From: an uncultured Bacteroidales bacterium
Lineage (GTDB): Bacteria > Bacteroidota > Bacteroidia > Bacteroidales > VadinHA17
DNA length: 64,000 nt
Reading direction: 5' to 3'
Assembly: GCA_963719235.1 (NCBI GenBank)
Contig: CAVRBS010000011.1
Location: forward strand, 6,275 to 70,274
Numbering within the stretch: the stretch's first letter is position 1; every line of letters begins with the position of its first letter. The notes beneath the pieces are model-generated. The model was not told the DNA's origin. It ran no database searches and worked only from the letters and a program-made list of their open reading frames with translations. The translations under genes and the position numbers were made by a program. Positions 19,669-29,305 of this stretch are shown piece after piece.

Positions 19669-20265
19669 TCAGGAGGCTTTTAGTTCAACCGGCCGATGAA
19701 CACAGTGTGAATGAAAATAAGTATGGCCACTTATCGTAGTCATATTCATGATCTCAAAACCGTTTCTTTCAAGAAGTCCCCTGACATCATTTGTATTCAT
19801 TACCCGGTCAGTTTTACCGTCCAGCATATTGATAAGTCTGCCGTACATTCCCGACAACCTCCTGACCAGGCCATTCTGAAAAGGGGCATTGTTATCTGAA
19901 AAATACCCTACAAAACTTGTTTCCGGGGGCAAAATCCGCACGAGAGTATTCAGAAACATGTCAAGATGCTTGATCACATTCAGTTTCCTGAGGTTAACAA
20001 GTACCCTGACTCTTATTAAATCGTTTTCATCATAGAAGTAATGGCTCTTTGAAGAAAGAACAATCAGGTCAGTCTCATCAGACATACCGCGCTTTTTAAG
20101 GTAACGGAAGAAGTTTATCCCACCCTCAGTTATCAAAGTGGTGGCAGAATCGCTGAAACCCGTAACCCTAGGTGATCTTTTATTATCATTGACTTTGGTC
20201 CGGTATGTTTCTTCACCTGCAATTCCGGCATGCGTTAAAACTGAAACATCTCCCATAATGTTCAC
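19669..20265 (-). CDS. Hypothetical protein
   Basis: 198-aa ORF with no signal peptide. A weak resemblance to the methyltransferase fold cannot be supported by motifs. Confidence 0.35.
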   Translation of the reverse strand: MNIMGDVSVLTHAGIAGEETYRTKVNDNKRSPRVTGFSDSATTLITEGGINFFRYLKKRGMSDETDLIVLSSKSHYFYDENDLIRVRVLVNLRKLNVIKHLDMFLNTLVRILPPETSFVGYFSDNNAPFQNGLVRRLSGMYGRLINMLDGKTDRVMNTNDVRGLLERNGFEIMNMTTISGHTYFHSHCVHRPVELKAS

Positions 20266-20580
20266 TGTTTAATTATAGATTAAAGGTAAAGCAAGAATGT
20301 CTTGTTGCAAATCGCAAATGTCCAATTAGTGGGCAAATGAGATATTTTGGCTTTACATTAACCTAACTAAACAGGATGATTGTAAACAGTAATGCTCTGT
20401 CCGCCCCGGTCAGGGGGCAATTGGTCAAAACAGGACTTGTTTTTACGGAAATACGGGCATGATTTGCCCGACGGCCTGACAAATGGTTGTTATTAACTTG
20501 ATTATATGCGCAGTACGGTGACGGTTCCATCAAAATCGTGCCGGTTTCCGTATTTGACCAACGGTTGTAAGGGATTGATG

Positions 20581-20607
20581 AAAAATACGGAATTGGGCCA
20601 ATTCCGG
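20581..20607 (-). terminator. Rho-independent terminator downstream of DPP-IV
   Basis: The minus strand reads CCGGAATTGG-CC-CAATTCCG followed by TATTTTTC. Confidence 0.65.
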
Positions 20608-20640
20608 GGTGACATTCAGGATCTCAGGCTTTGAAAAACG

Positions 20641-22866
20641 TCATTTCGGACCGGGAGGACAATATGTCTTAAGATAATTGGTATAAAGTGTCTGGAGGTG
20701 TTTTCTTGTACCATCACCTTCCGAAATACCATGGGTACGGTTCGGGTAGGGCATGATCTGAAAGTGCCTGTTGTATTTTATGAGCTCGTTCACCAACATT
20801 TCAGCATTTTGATAATGAACATTGTCGTCGCCGGTTCCGTGGATATACAACAAATTCCCTGTCAGGTTGCTGGCATAGGTGATGGGAGAACCTTTTGTAT
20901 ATGGCTCAATATCTTCCTGCGGAAGGCCAAGATAGCGCTCCTGGTAGATGTTGTCATAAGTAAGCAGGTTAGCCACAGGTGCAATCGCAATGCCTGTCCT
21001 GTAGATCTCAGGATACTGAAACAACAGGCCAAGGGTTGCACTTCCTCCGCCGCTCCAGCCCCAGACAGCAACTCTTTCAGAATCGACAAACTCCCATTTT
21101 AATATCTCTTTTGCCGCCATAGCCTGGTCTCGGATGTTGATCTGGCCAATCTGTTTGTAAATGGACTTCCTCCATGCTCTCCCCTTGGGAGCAGGCGTCC
21201 CTCGATTATCGACTGAAACATAGATGTACCCGTCTTCAGACATGTTTCCTGAATACAGATTGTTACTGCTTACACCGTAGACATCTGATACGGTAGTGCC
21301 CCCGGGTTCAGTGTAGACAAAAAATACAATCGGGTATTTCCTGCCGGAATCAAAATTTTTCGGCTTCACAACCCAACCGTCCATTTCAACACTGTCGGAT
21401 GTCACAACCTTAAAAAACTCAGTTGTGGGGGGTGTTATAAGCTTATCCAGCCTCGCAATAATACTTTCCTTTTCATTCAGCGGTTTGTGATCAGGCAGTG
21501 AGACCAGTTCCTGAGACGGCCTGGTAAAGTGATTTGAAAAAGTGTGTGTGGCAAATCTCCCACCCGGGGATATGGAGTATTCATGTGTTCCCATGAGTGT
21601 GCCAGGGCTCAGCACTTCTGGATTTCCAGTGCCATCAAGCCTTGCGCGGTAGAGATATTTCTGTGTGGCATTGTCGGGCGAAGCGGTAAAATATACAGCA
21701 CCACCTGTCTGATCGACTCCCTTGAAGTCAATGATATCAAAATCACAATTGGTTATCTTCGTTTCTTCTCCGTTTTCAAGTGAGATCTTATACAGCTGTC
21801 TCCAGCCGCTTTTTTCGGATATCCAAAGTATGCTTTTGCCATTATCCAACCATGTATAGTCATTGGTGAAGTCGATAGCATATGGATTTTTTGTATAATT
21901 TACATCTAACCAGGCTTCGTCAGTTTCCTCACTGATTAATAACGGATTGCCGGTCTGCGTATCGCAGACAAAGAGTTTACTGCAGTTCTGTTGCCTGTTA
22001 AGCTGGTTTATCAGAAGCTCTCCTGTAGAGGGGATAAACTCTGCCCTTATGATATAGTTCTGATCCGGCTTGCCGGGGATTTTCATCCAGACGGTTTTGC
22101 CGTCAGAAATATTAATAATACCTACTTTACAGGAAGAAGGATTTTCGCCCGCAACCGGGTATTCAATCGGAACCGGCCGGGGATAAATCGAATCAGTATT
22201 GTTAATCATGTAAAATTTTTTGATTGAACTTGCATCTAGCTGCCAGTATGCAATCGACTTGCTGTCGGGACTCCATCTGAAACCGTCCCTGCAATAAAAC
22301 TCTTCTTCATAGACCCAGTCGAACGTTCCGTTAATCAGTGTAACTGAACCGTCGGTGGTAAGAGCCTTCATCCGCGACTTCTTAAGGTCTTCCACATAAA
22401 TATTATTACCGCTGACGTAGGCAACCGATCTGCCGTCAGGAGAAAATTTGGCGAACATCAGTGAAGAAGGCGGAAGTGTTTTTCCCAGTTGGTTCAGTTC
22501 TCCGGTCTTCATATCCAGGACCCAGTAATCGCCTTTTGTATTCACCCTCCAGACCTTTATTGTATTGGTGAACAATAGAACCTTCCGCTGATCATCAGAA
22601 AATGCAAAGTAACTGACCTCCAGCGGACCGGAGCTCCCGTCGGGGACAAACTGTTTTTTCGAAATTATTGTGTCTGTCTCATCACCCGGAAGAGTGTGTC
22701 TTATGATCTCATTATTTACCAGCTGGAAATAAGAATTGCCATCATCAGACCATGTAATTCCCTTGCGCTGGGCACTGAGGTTGAGCGAAATAATAAGTAT
22801 TAATATTGAAAATAAGAGAGTTTTGAAACCTGATCTTTTTTGCAGGAGGCTTACGGTTGCGTACAT
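20641..22866 (-). CDS. Dipeptidyl-peptidase IV (S9B prolyl oligopeptidase family)
   Basis: Own start and signal MYATVSLLQKRSGFKTLLFSILILIISLNLSAQ. DPPIV N-terminal propeller region. Catalytic triad context WGWSGGGS, GTGDDNVH, NRTHGI. Confidence 0.85.
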   Translation of the reverse strand: MYATVSLLQKRSGFKTLLFSILILIISLNLSAQRKGITWSDDGNSYFQLVNNEIIRHTLPGDETDTIISKKQFVPDGSSGPLEVSYFAFSDDQRKVLLFTNTIKVWRVNTKGDYWVLDMKTGELNQLGKTLPPSSLMFAKFSPDGRSVAYVSGNNIYVEDLKKSRMKALTTDGSVTLINGTFDWVYEEEFYCRDGFRWSPDSKSIAYWQLDASSIKKFYMINNTDSIYPRPVPIEYPVAGENPSSCKVGIINISDGKTVWMKIPGKPDQNYIIRAEFIPSTGELLINQLNRQQNCSKLFVCDTQTGNPLLISEETDEAWLDVNYTKNPYAIDFTNDYTWLDNGKSILWISEKSGWRQLYKISLENGEETKITNCDFDIIDFKGVDQTGGAVYFTASPDNATQKYLYRARLDGTGNPEVLSPGTLMGTHEYSISPGGRFATHTFSNHFTRPSQELVSLPDHKPLNEKESIIARLDKLITPPTTEFFKVVTSDSVEMDGWVVKPKNFDSGRKYPIVFFVYTEPGGTTVSDVYGVSSNNLYSGNMSEDGYIYVSVDNRGTPAPKGRAWRKSIYKQIGQINIRDQAMAAKEILKWEFVDSERVAVWGWSGGGSATLGLLFQYPEIYRTGIAIAPVANLLTYDNIYQERYLGLPQEDIEPYTKGSPITYASNLTGNLLYIHGTGDDNVHYQNAEMLVNELIKYNRHFQIMPYPNRTHGISEGDGTRKHLQTLYTNYLKTYCPPGPK

Positions 22867-22910
22867 CTTAATCTGGTGTTTTATTGCAGGATAAAAGTAA
22901 AAAATATAGT

Positions 22911-23652
22911 TCAGAATGTAAATCCGGCGACAAGAAACATCTGCTCCGAATTCAGGATTGAATATCAGCTGCCCGGTCACGGGTATGCTGAAGCGGTCAG
23001 TTATTACGATATCTTTTGAAACTTCAAGTCCGATATTGCAGACATTGAAGGCAGCTTCATCCGTCTCAGGATCATATGTATGCCATCCGTTGCCGGCTCC
23101 CATGAATACCCTGAAATAATCAAACGAGATGCCTGCTTCGAAATACATATCTCCTCCAAGGGATCCGGCACCACCTGCTTCGTTGATTACATAATCAGCT
23201 TCCAGACTTACATGCTCTCCCGAATAGTTAAGGTTGATTTCGAATGCATGGCTACCCGTTTCTGCAGTGTAGTCAAAATACTCTAATTCCGGGAAGTAGT
23301 AATCCTGAAAACCGATCGTAAAACCTGCAGGGAGATCAAGAGAAAAGTACAGGTCAACCTCCTCATAATCACTAAAATTGGTTGTCCCCCATGCTCCTGC
23401 AGTGAATGGTCCTGCTGAAAATTCAATCACCGGCTGAACATGCGGGCCGGTGCCCTGTTTTGTCCCCCTCCAGATATAGCTAGTTAGAAAGTCAGCCCCG
23501 ACGTTCCATTGAGAAGCGCGTTCCGGTGTCTGGGCAGACAGGTTCATATTAACCGTTGCCACCATCAAAAAAAGAAAGCTACAGAAAAGGTTTAAGTCCG
23601 CTTTTCCTAAATTCCGCCGATGGCGGCTTGCCAGGTGTTTTTTATAAATCAA
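22911..23652 (-). CDS. Small outer-membrane barrel, TorF/Gcw_chp-like putative porin; a frameshift fuses it to the DPP-IV ORF
   Basis: SYIWRGTKQG motif near the N-terminus. After a frame switch at about 22946-22956, the alternative frame reads NSEQMFLVAGFTF-stop (TGA 22911-22913), a typical barrel C-terminus. Confidence 0.55.
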
Positions 23653-23660
23653 AATCAGGG

Positions 23661-24891
23661 TTAGAAACTTTTTCTCAGCTGGATATAAATTCTCTGAAAG
23701 GTATTATTCTGTTCAAAGGTTCCCTCATAATTTGCAGAAAATGATAGTTTCTCAAAGACATGCCAGTAGAGGTTCAGCTCTCCTATATGCTGAAGAAGAT
23801 CAATCTCGTTTTCCGGAATCCGGTTGTCCACCAGCCGGTACCCTATACCGGACTGGAACTTTCCTCCTGCAAAGTCCTTTAAAAGGCTCAGCCCTGCAAT
23901 CGAACTGTTAATATGACTTGTTTCCAGGTAGGTGCCTGATAGTGTGGCCGAAAAATTCAGTCCTCCGATATTGCTGTAAGTATAATAACCGCTCAGGCTT
24001 CTGGAGGGAAAAGGATCACTCTTCAGAAATCTGTACCCTGCATGAACGCCGACAGCCATATTCCCAAGAATCCGCCAGTTGCAGGATAACCTGTAACCTT
24101 GTCTCATTCCCTCCTCCAGTATCCTGTCAGTATACGTTTTGTAGGTTTCATAATATACCACGTTTTTCCTGGCATCATAAGAACCACTGAATGATAATTT
24201 TCCTGAAATTCTGTAAGATAGTGAAAGGTACAATCCTGAAAGGTCGAATGTGCTCTGGGGGACGTCATTAACGATGCTGAACAGGTCCATTTCAACAGTG
24301 CTGAAGAAATTCAAATTCTTAATCAGGTTGTTTGAATGCTGAAAATAAATAAATCTCCTGTCAGTCTTGAAATCATTTGTCTGTTCAACATAGGCTATTG
24401 AACTCTCAGTGCGCTTTCCCGGGCTTTTTGTGCTATAAGCCACGTATGCACCATACTGAAAAAGTTTCGGATTAAAGCTATAATTTTGATAATCAGGCCT
24501 TGATCCGGCCAGAACACCAACAGTAAAGTTATTTATGGATTTCTCAAACTGAATTCCATCGCGTTGCTCCCATGCTTGCTATCCGGGTATTTATCCTTCG
24601 CCCGAGACTGAAGCTTGTGGTTTCGTTCAGGTCATATCTGACTGCGAGATTATATATCTTGAGTGCACTGAAAAGATCGTCCTGTACCTCCTGCCATTCT
24701 CCCGCTTTATGTCTGAATGACGCATAGGTTTCGAAGGAAAACCCGGATCCGCCAATTTTCGGGGCATTTAATGACAATGTATACCTGAAACGCTGGATAT
24801 CAGGCACATCAGTGTCAGAGAAATCAGTATAGGAATTCAGCGAGATACTCCCCCATACCTTTTGTTTTTTTTCAGCTGCTTTTATGTTCAC
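23661..24891 (-). CDS. Outer-membrane beta-barrel (about 410 aa) encoded directly downstream of the multiheme cytochromes; one frameshift
   Basis: ORFs 24544..24891 and 23661..24443 join after a frame switch near 24560-24575 (the lower frame stays open upstream: AWEQRDGIQFEKSINNF...). Alternating strand pattern, C-terminal ...YIQLRKSF. No signal peptide of its own. Confidence 0.6.
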
Positions 24892-24894
24892 GGT

Positions 24895-25272
24895 TTACTG
24901 AATCAGATTTAGTCTCCTGTTGCCGGGAGGCATCAGCTGATAACAACAGGCTGCAAAATTTTCGGTTTCCGGTTTGTCAGTCCTGATCCGGGCAATTATT
25001 ATATGATCTACAGGAACCGGATGATCAGATACAGAACTGCACAAACAAGAGACAGATGATAAGCTGTTTACAATCAGGGCAGGAACCAGACTATCCCCTG
25101 CCGGGATATAGAGTGTATCGCCTGCAGATATTCCTTCACAGGACTTGAATTTTACATAAATATTCTGAGAGCTCACAAATGAAACCTTCCCAACCAGGTT
25201 TTCAGTTACTGTTTGTCCTTGTAGCCCTGTAAATAAAAAAAGACACCACAATATTAATGTTACTTTTTTCAT
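24895..25272 (-). CDS. Secreted small beta-rich domain protein; probably the N-terminal part (signal peptide plus plug-like domain) of the barrel below
   Basis: Start MKKVTLILWCLFLFTGLQGQ lies one nucleotide after the cytochrome stop. It is in the same frame as 24544..24891, separated only by a single TAA (24892-24894). Confidence 0.5.
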   Translation of the reverse strand: MKKVTLILWCLFLFTGLQGQTVTENLVGKVSFVSSQNIYVKFKSCEGISAGDTLYIPAGDSLVPALIVNSLSSVSCLCSSVSDHPVPVDHIIIARIRTDKPETENFAACCYQLMPPGNRRLNLIQ

Positions 25273-25273
25273 C

Positions 25274-26308
25274 TCACTTTCTGTCGTCAGCCACGCCTGT
25301 CGGATGACAATTGAGACACGCTGCGCTTGTATATGAATAACCGCTTTCCTCATTATGTTTGCTGTCCATAGAGGCTTTGTTATGCTCGTGGCAGCTCAGG
25401 CATGTAAACTGAGAATAATCTGAAGGACTCGGATGGCAGTCATTACACGATGCCCATGTCCCCTTGTGCTTTCCGGAATATATCGGGAATGACTGGCTGT
25501 CATGCTCGGTAAATGATGCCGGCACCCAACCAGGGCTCAGCGTATGGCAGGTAGTGCAGGTTGTGGGGAAGCCCATGGTTGAGTGCGCCGGATTCGTCGT
25601 TGCCAGATAATCATCCTGATGGCATGAATAGCAATCCGGGTTTGCGTCAGAATAACTGCCGGTGACATGACACTCAGCACATTCGGGCGTGGAGTGACCC
25701 TCCGTCAGTGGAAAGAAGCCATGATCAAATCCTGCGCCGGTCCACTGAAAGGCATTAACGGGATGACAGGCAGAGCAATCTTCCTGGAAACCGGCCTGAA
25801 CATGGTTTGGCTGTGTGGTGGCCGTGTAATCCTGCCTGTGACAGTCAATGCAATTAACTCCGATGACATCAAACCGAACAAGACTTTCCGAGAGGTGGCA
25901 GTCCGTACAGTCAGCCGTACGATGCGCTCCCAGCAAAGGGAAACGGCTTAGCTGATGGATCCCGGTAATGTTGGTCACAAGCCAGCTGTCAGTGGAATGA
26001 CACCTGGCACAATCTGACCCGACAGTTTCCTGGTGAATGTCGGTATGGCAATCATTGCAATCAGTCTTTGCTTCTTTGAATACCAGCGTTGGATGACAAA
26101 GTCTGCAATCTGTTTTTGTATGCTGCCCGGTGAGCGGTAACTTTGTAGTACCGTGATCAAATGAATATATCGTTTTATCAAGGTGCCACCCCTCCGGGCT
26201 ATGGCAGATGCTGCAGCTGAGCTTGAAATCCTCGCCGTGCGGATGACCATCTCTCTGTCTGAGAAACAGGAAGAGGCAGCAGATTACTATAAATGACAGG
26301 ATTCGCAT
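25274..26308 (-). CDS. Multiheme cytochrome c, 13 CxxCH motifs
   Basis: 13 CxxCH sites were counted in 344 aa. There is an N-terminal hydrophobic signal or anchor. Repeated F-D-H-x3-5-(F/L)-P-L-x-G-x-H-x4-5-C-x2-C-H modules resemble cytochrome c7/c3. Confidence 0.9.
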   Translation of the reverse strand: MRILSFIVICCLFLFLRQRDGHPHGEDFKLSCSICHSPEGWHLDKTIYSFDHGTTKLPLTGQHTKTDCRLCHPTLVFKEAKTDCNDCHTDIHQETVGSDCARCHSTDSWLVTNITGIHQLSRFPLLGAHRTADCTDCHLSESLVRFDVIGVNCIDCHRQDYTATTQPNHVQAGFQEDCSACHPVNAFQWTGAGFDHGFFPLTEGHSTPECAECHVTGSYSDANPDCYSCHQDDYLATTNPAHSTMGFPTTCTTCHTLSPGWVPASFTEHDSQSFPIYSGKHKGTWASCNDCHPSPSDYSQFTCLSCHEHNKASMDSKHNEESGYSYTSAACLNCHPTGVADDRK

Positions 26309-27888
26309 CTGAAATCTTTGATTTTATAAGTAATGTAAGTTACTGAACCTTCACTGTGCGGTTTATGACATTCCGCACAGGGAACATTAATATGCTTTCC
26401 GTCAAGCCTGAAAGCAGTTTTATTGTGATCGAACCCTGAAGCCTTCCAGGTCTCTGTATTATGGCAATCATTGCAGTTTGTTGCACCGTTCTTCTCAAAC
26501 TGCCCATGATGGTTATCAATATGGCAAGTGGTACAGCTGGCTGATAGTCCCGAAAATTTCTGTTGCACTGCTCCGGCGTGGTCGGGTCGGAAGTGACAGG
26601 CTCTGCATTCCTGCCTTGTATGTGCTCCTGTCAGGCTGTAGTTTGTCTTTGAATGGTCAAACGATATATCAGGCCACCTGTTTTCATTATGACAGAACCG
26701 GCAATCTGCCGCAGGATAGTATTTTGTTTGAATAAAATCCTTGTGTATATCAGTGTGGCAGTCTGAACAGCCTGTGCCGATCTCCCTGAAACTCCATTTT
26801 TCCTGTTTCTTATGACATTCCAGGCACGGGGTTGCCGAATGAGATCCCTTTAAGGGGAACAGGCCTGCATTATGCTGTGATACAGTATAGGTGAAATAAT
26901 TAAACCCTTTAACCGTGTGGCACTGTGAACAGTCAGGAGAGATTCCGTTCCTGGTAAACTGACTCTTATGGTAATCAACATGACAATCTGTGCACCTGTC
27001 ATGCTTAAGGGGATCGGTAGTTTTGCCCTTATGACAATCCTTGCACCCGACTGCCAGGTGTTTCTCCTCAAGTTTAAAATTTGTCTTGTTATGATCAAAC
27101 CTCGAGAGTCCTCCTGATACCGTAAGAAATGAATCCTCAGTATGGCACTGACGGCAATTCTGGCCGAACTGGTTCTGATGTGGGTCTTTGTGACAACTTG
27201 TGCAGTTGCTAAAGGGCACACCCCTGAATTCCTGGAAGGCCTTGCCGTTTATTGTCTCTTTCCTGTGGCATTTCAGGCAATCGACGGTTTTATGTTTCCC
27301 GGTAAGCGGGAACCGTGAAGTGCTGTGGTTAAACTTCGAAGCCGGTTTAAAGGAATCAGTGCTATGGCAATCGAGACATGAGACAGGCAGGGTCTGCTGA
27401 TGGTAGTCAGTATGGCAGCTCAGGCATTTTTCATCCAGGCCGAGCCAGGTGTTCTTTTTTGATTTGAGTTTTTGATCTGAAATGTACCTGGAATTGTGGC
27501 AATCAGGGCATTCCTTTGCCGCATGAGCGCCTGATAAGATGTATCCGGTAAGAGAGTGGTTGAAATTTTCGGCATTGAACCATATGAGTTTAGCGTCCTT
27601 TCCGTTATGTTCACTATGGCAGGTGAAACAGGAATTTTCCTTTACCTCTGCGGATGAATGGTATCCTTTCCCTGCAGCTATTCTGGATTGGATCTCAGTA
27701 TGACAGACAAGGCATTTTGCATCTGAAACCTTATTGCCAAGCACATGGCACTGGGTACAGTTTGAAATGCCTTCGAGGTTTGAATGATAATTTGATAAAG
27801 CACCTGGTGAAAGCTGTGCGGACAAGCGGATGCCGGCAAGGAAGTAAAGGATGAAAATTCCTCTGAATTTTATTGTTGCACGATCCAT
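26287..27888 (-). CDS. Multiheme cytochrome c, 20 CxxCH motifs
   Basis: 20 CxxCH sites were counted. Signal peptide MDRATIKFRGIFILYFLAGIRLSAQ (the ORF opens at 27921). There are six F(N/D)H..T.F.L.G.H....C..CH modules. It overlaps the next cytochrome gene by 22 nt. Confidence 0.9.
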   Translation of the reverse strand: MDRATIKFRGIFILYFLAGIRLSAQLSPGALSNYHSNLEGISNCTQCHVLGNKVSDAKCLVCHTEIQSRIAAGKGYHSSAEVKENSCFTCHSEHNGKDAKLIWFNAENFNHSLTGYILSGAHAAKECPDCHNSRYISDQKLKSKKNTWLGLDEKCLSCHTDYHQQTLPVSCLDCHSTDSFKPASKFNHSTSRFPLTGKHKTVDCLKCHRKETINGKAFQEFRGVPFSNCTSCHKDPHQNQFGQNCRQCHTEDSFLTVSGGLSRFDHNKTNFKLEEKHLAVGCKDCHKGKTTDPLKHDRCTDCHVDYHKSQFTRNGISPDCSQCHTVKGFNYFTYTVSQHNAGLFPLKGSHSATPCLECHKKQEKWSFREIGTGCSDCHTDIHKDFIQTKYYPAADCRFCHNENRWPDISFDHSKTNYSLTGAHTRQECRACHFRPDHAGAVQQKFSGLSASCTTCHIDNHHGQFEKNGATNCNDCHNTETWKASGFDHNKTAFRLDGKHINVPCAECHKPHSEGSVTYITYKIKDFRCESCHL

Positions 27889-27958
27889 AATGCACTCACT
27901 TTGATCAGACAAAAACCCCAATAAACCTCCCTTTTAGGGTATGGGTGTTTAGCCAAAT

Positions 27959-29305
27959 TTAGTGTTTTAAAACAGTTTCCCCAAACTTCCTTGTGATTTT
28001 GATCCCGGCTTTTTCGAGAAACTGTGTGGGAAGCTCACCACCGGCAAAAATATATACCAGATCATTCTCAAGTTTAACCGGTTCTCCTCCGTCAGCAGTC
28101 ATAATATAAACATGCTCATCCTCAATGGAAACAAGATTACTCTTGAGGAGCAACTTGATCTTACCTGCCTCAATTGCCTCATTTATTGCGATGCTGTTTT
28201 TTGGTTTTATGCGGGCAAACACTTCATTCCTGTAAGAAAGAGTAACGTTATTCTGATCGGACAGGAGCAGTGCAGATTCAATTGCTAAATCACCACCACC
28301 TACTACAACAATATTTTTCCCGGATAAATCTTCCGGCTCAAGCAACCGGTATGCAACTTTCTCCCTGTCCTCCCCGGGGATATTAAGTTTACGGGGAGTT
28401 CCCCGCCTTCCTATAGCAAGCAGGACGGCCGCTGCAGAAAACACCTCGCCTCGCAGGGTTGTAACCTTAAATATATCGCCATCAGAAACTACAAATTCAA
28501 CCTTTGAATTCTCATTAACCTTGATATTGTTTTGCTTCAGCGCAGTCTGCCACAGGTCGAGCAACTCTGCTTTAGTGGTCTCAAACAGTTTCACCTTTCC
28601 GTACAAAGGAAGGTCCATCGGTGATGTCATCACAATTTTCTTTCTCGGAAATGAATAAACTGCTCCTCCAAGAGTATCCTGGTCCACCAACAGAAGATTC
28701 AGATTAAACTTCCTTGCAGTTAGTGACCCCGAGATGCCTGCCGGTCCTGATCCTATTATAATCAGATCATATGTTGCCGAATGATTTTTCCTCAAAGATC
28801 TGGCTATATTTTCGACCGCCTGTCTGCCCTGTTCGACTGCATTCCTGATAAGGCCCATGCCACCAAGTTCTCCGGCGATAAATATCCCGGGAACATTTGT
28901 CTCAAAGTTGCTGTTGATATGAGGAAGTTCCACTCCCCGCTTTTCAGTGCCGATTCGCAGCGTAATAGCTTCTGTCGGACAGGCATGAAAACAAGCGCCG
29001 TGCCCGACACATTGCGAAGCATTTATAATTGTTGCTTTACCGTTATAGATCCCTATTATATCCTTTTCGGGGCATGCAGCAACACAGGCTCCTGTACCGA
29101 TACAGGTATTTACATCAATAAACGGATGAAGTGAAACAGGTTCATGCAAGCCTTCCTCCTGTGCCTTTTTAATTTTTGCCTCAACTTTTCCTGATTCTTT
29201 TTTCTTCCTGAAAAGGTAGAACCAGACCACTGCAACACAAAGTATGGCAACAAGCGAGTAGGTAATGATTTTTTCAAGAAGCATTTCCATGGTTAAAAAA
29301 TCCAT
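27959..29305 (-). CDS. Membrane-anchored NAD(P)/FAD-dependent oxidoreductase with an N-terminal ferredoxin-like (2x Fe-S) domain
   Basis: N-terminal TM helix followed by RKKKESGK (bulk predicted cytoplasmic). Motifs CIGTGACVAACP and CVGHGACFHACP. Two dinucleotide folds: LIIIGSGPAG and IVVVGGGDLAIE. Confidence 0.75.
   Translation of the reverse strand: MDFLTMEMLLEKIITYSLVAILCVAVVWFYLFRKKKESGKVEAKIKKAQEEGLHEPVSLHPFIDVNTCIGTGACVAACPEKDIIGIYNGKATIINASQCVGHGACFHACPTEAITLRIGTEKRGVELPHINSNFETNVPGIFIAGELGGMGLIRNAVEQGRQAVENIARSLRKNHSATYDLIIIGSGPAGISGSLTARKFNLNLLLVDQDTLGGAVYSFPRKKIVMTSPMDLPLYGKVKLFETTKAELLDLWQTALKQNNIKVNENSKVEFVVSDGDIFKVTTLRGEVFSAAAVLLAIGRRGTPRKLNIPGEDREKVAYRLLEPEDLSGKNIVVVGGGDLAIESALLLSDQNNVTLSYRNEVFARIKPKNSIAINEAIEAGKIKLLLKSNLVSIEDEHVYIMTADGGEPVKLENDLVYIFAGGELPTQFLEKAGIKITRKFGETVLKH

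Noticed and set aside
24892-24894. In-frame TAA as evidence of stop-codon reassignment or programmed read-through.
   Set aside because: TAA terminates several well-defined genes in the window (for example SusD at 1112-1114 and GH17 at 63535-63537). The contig also has many other point and indel defects.
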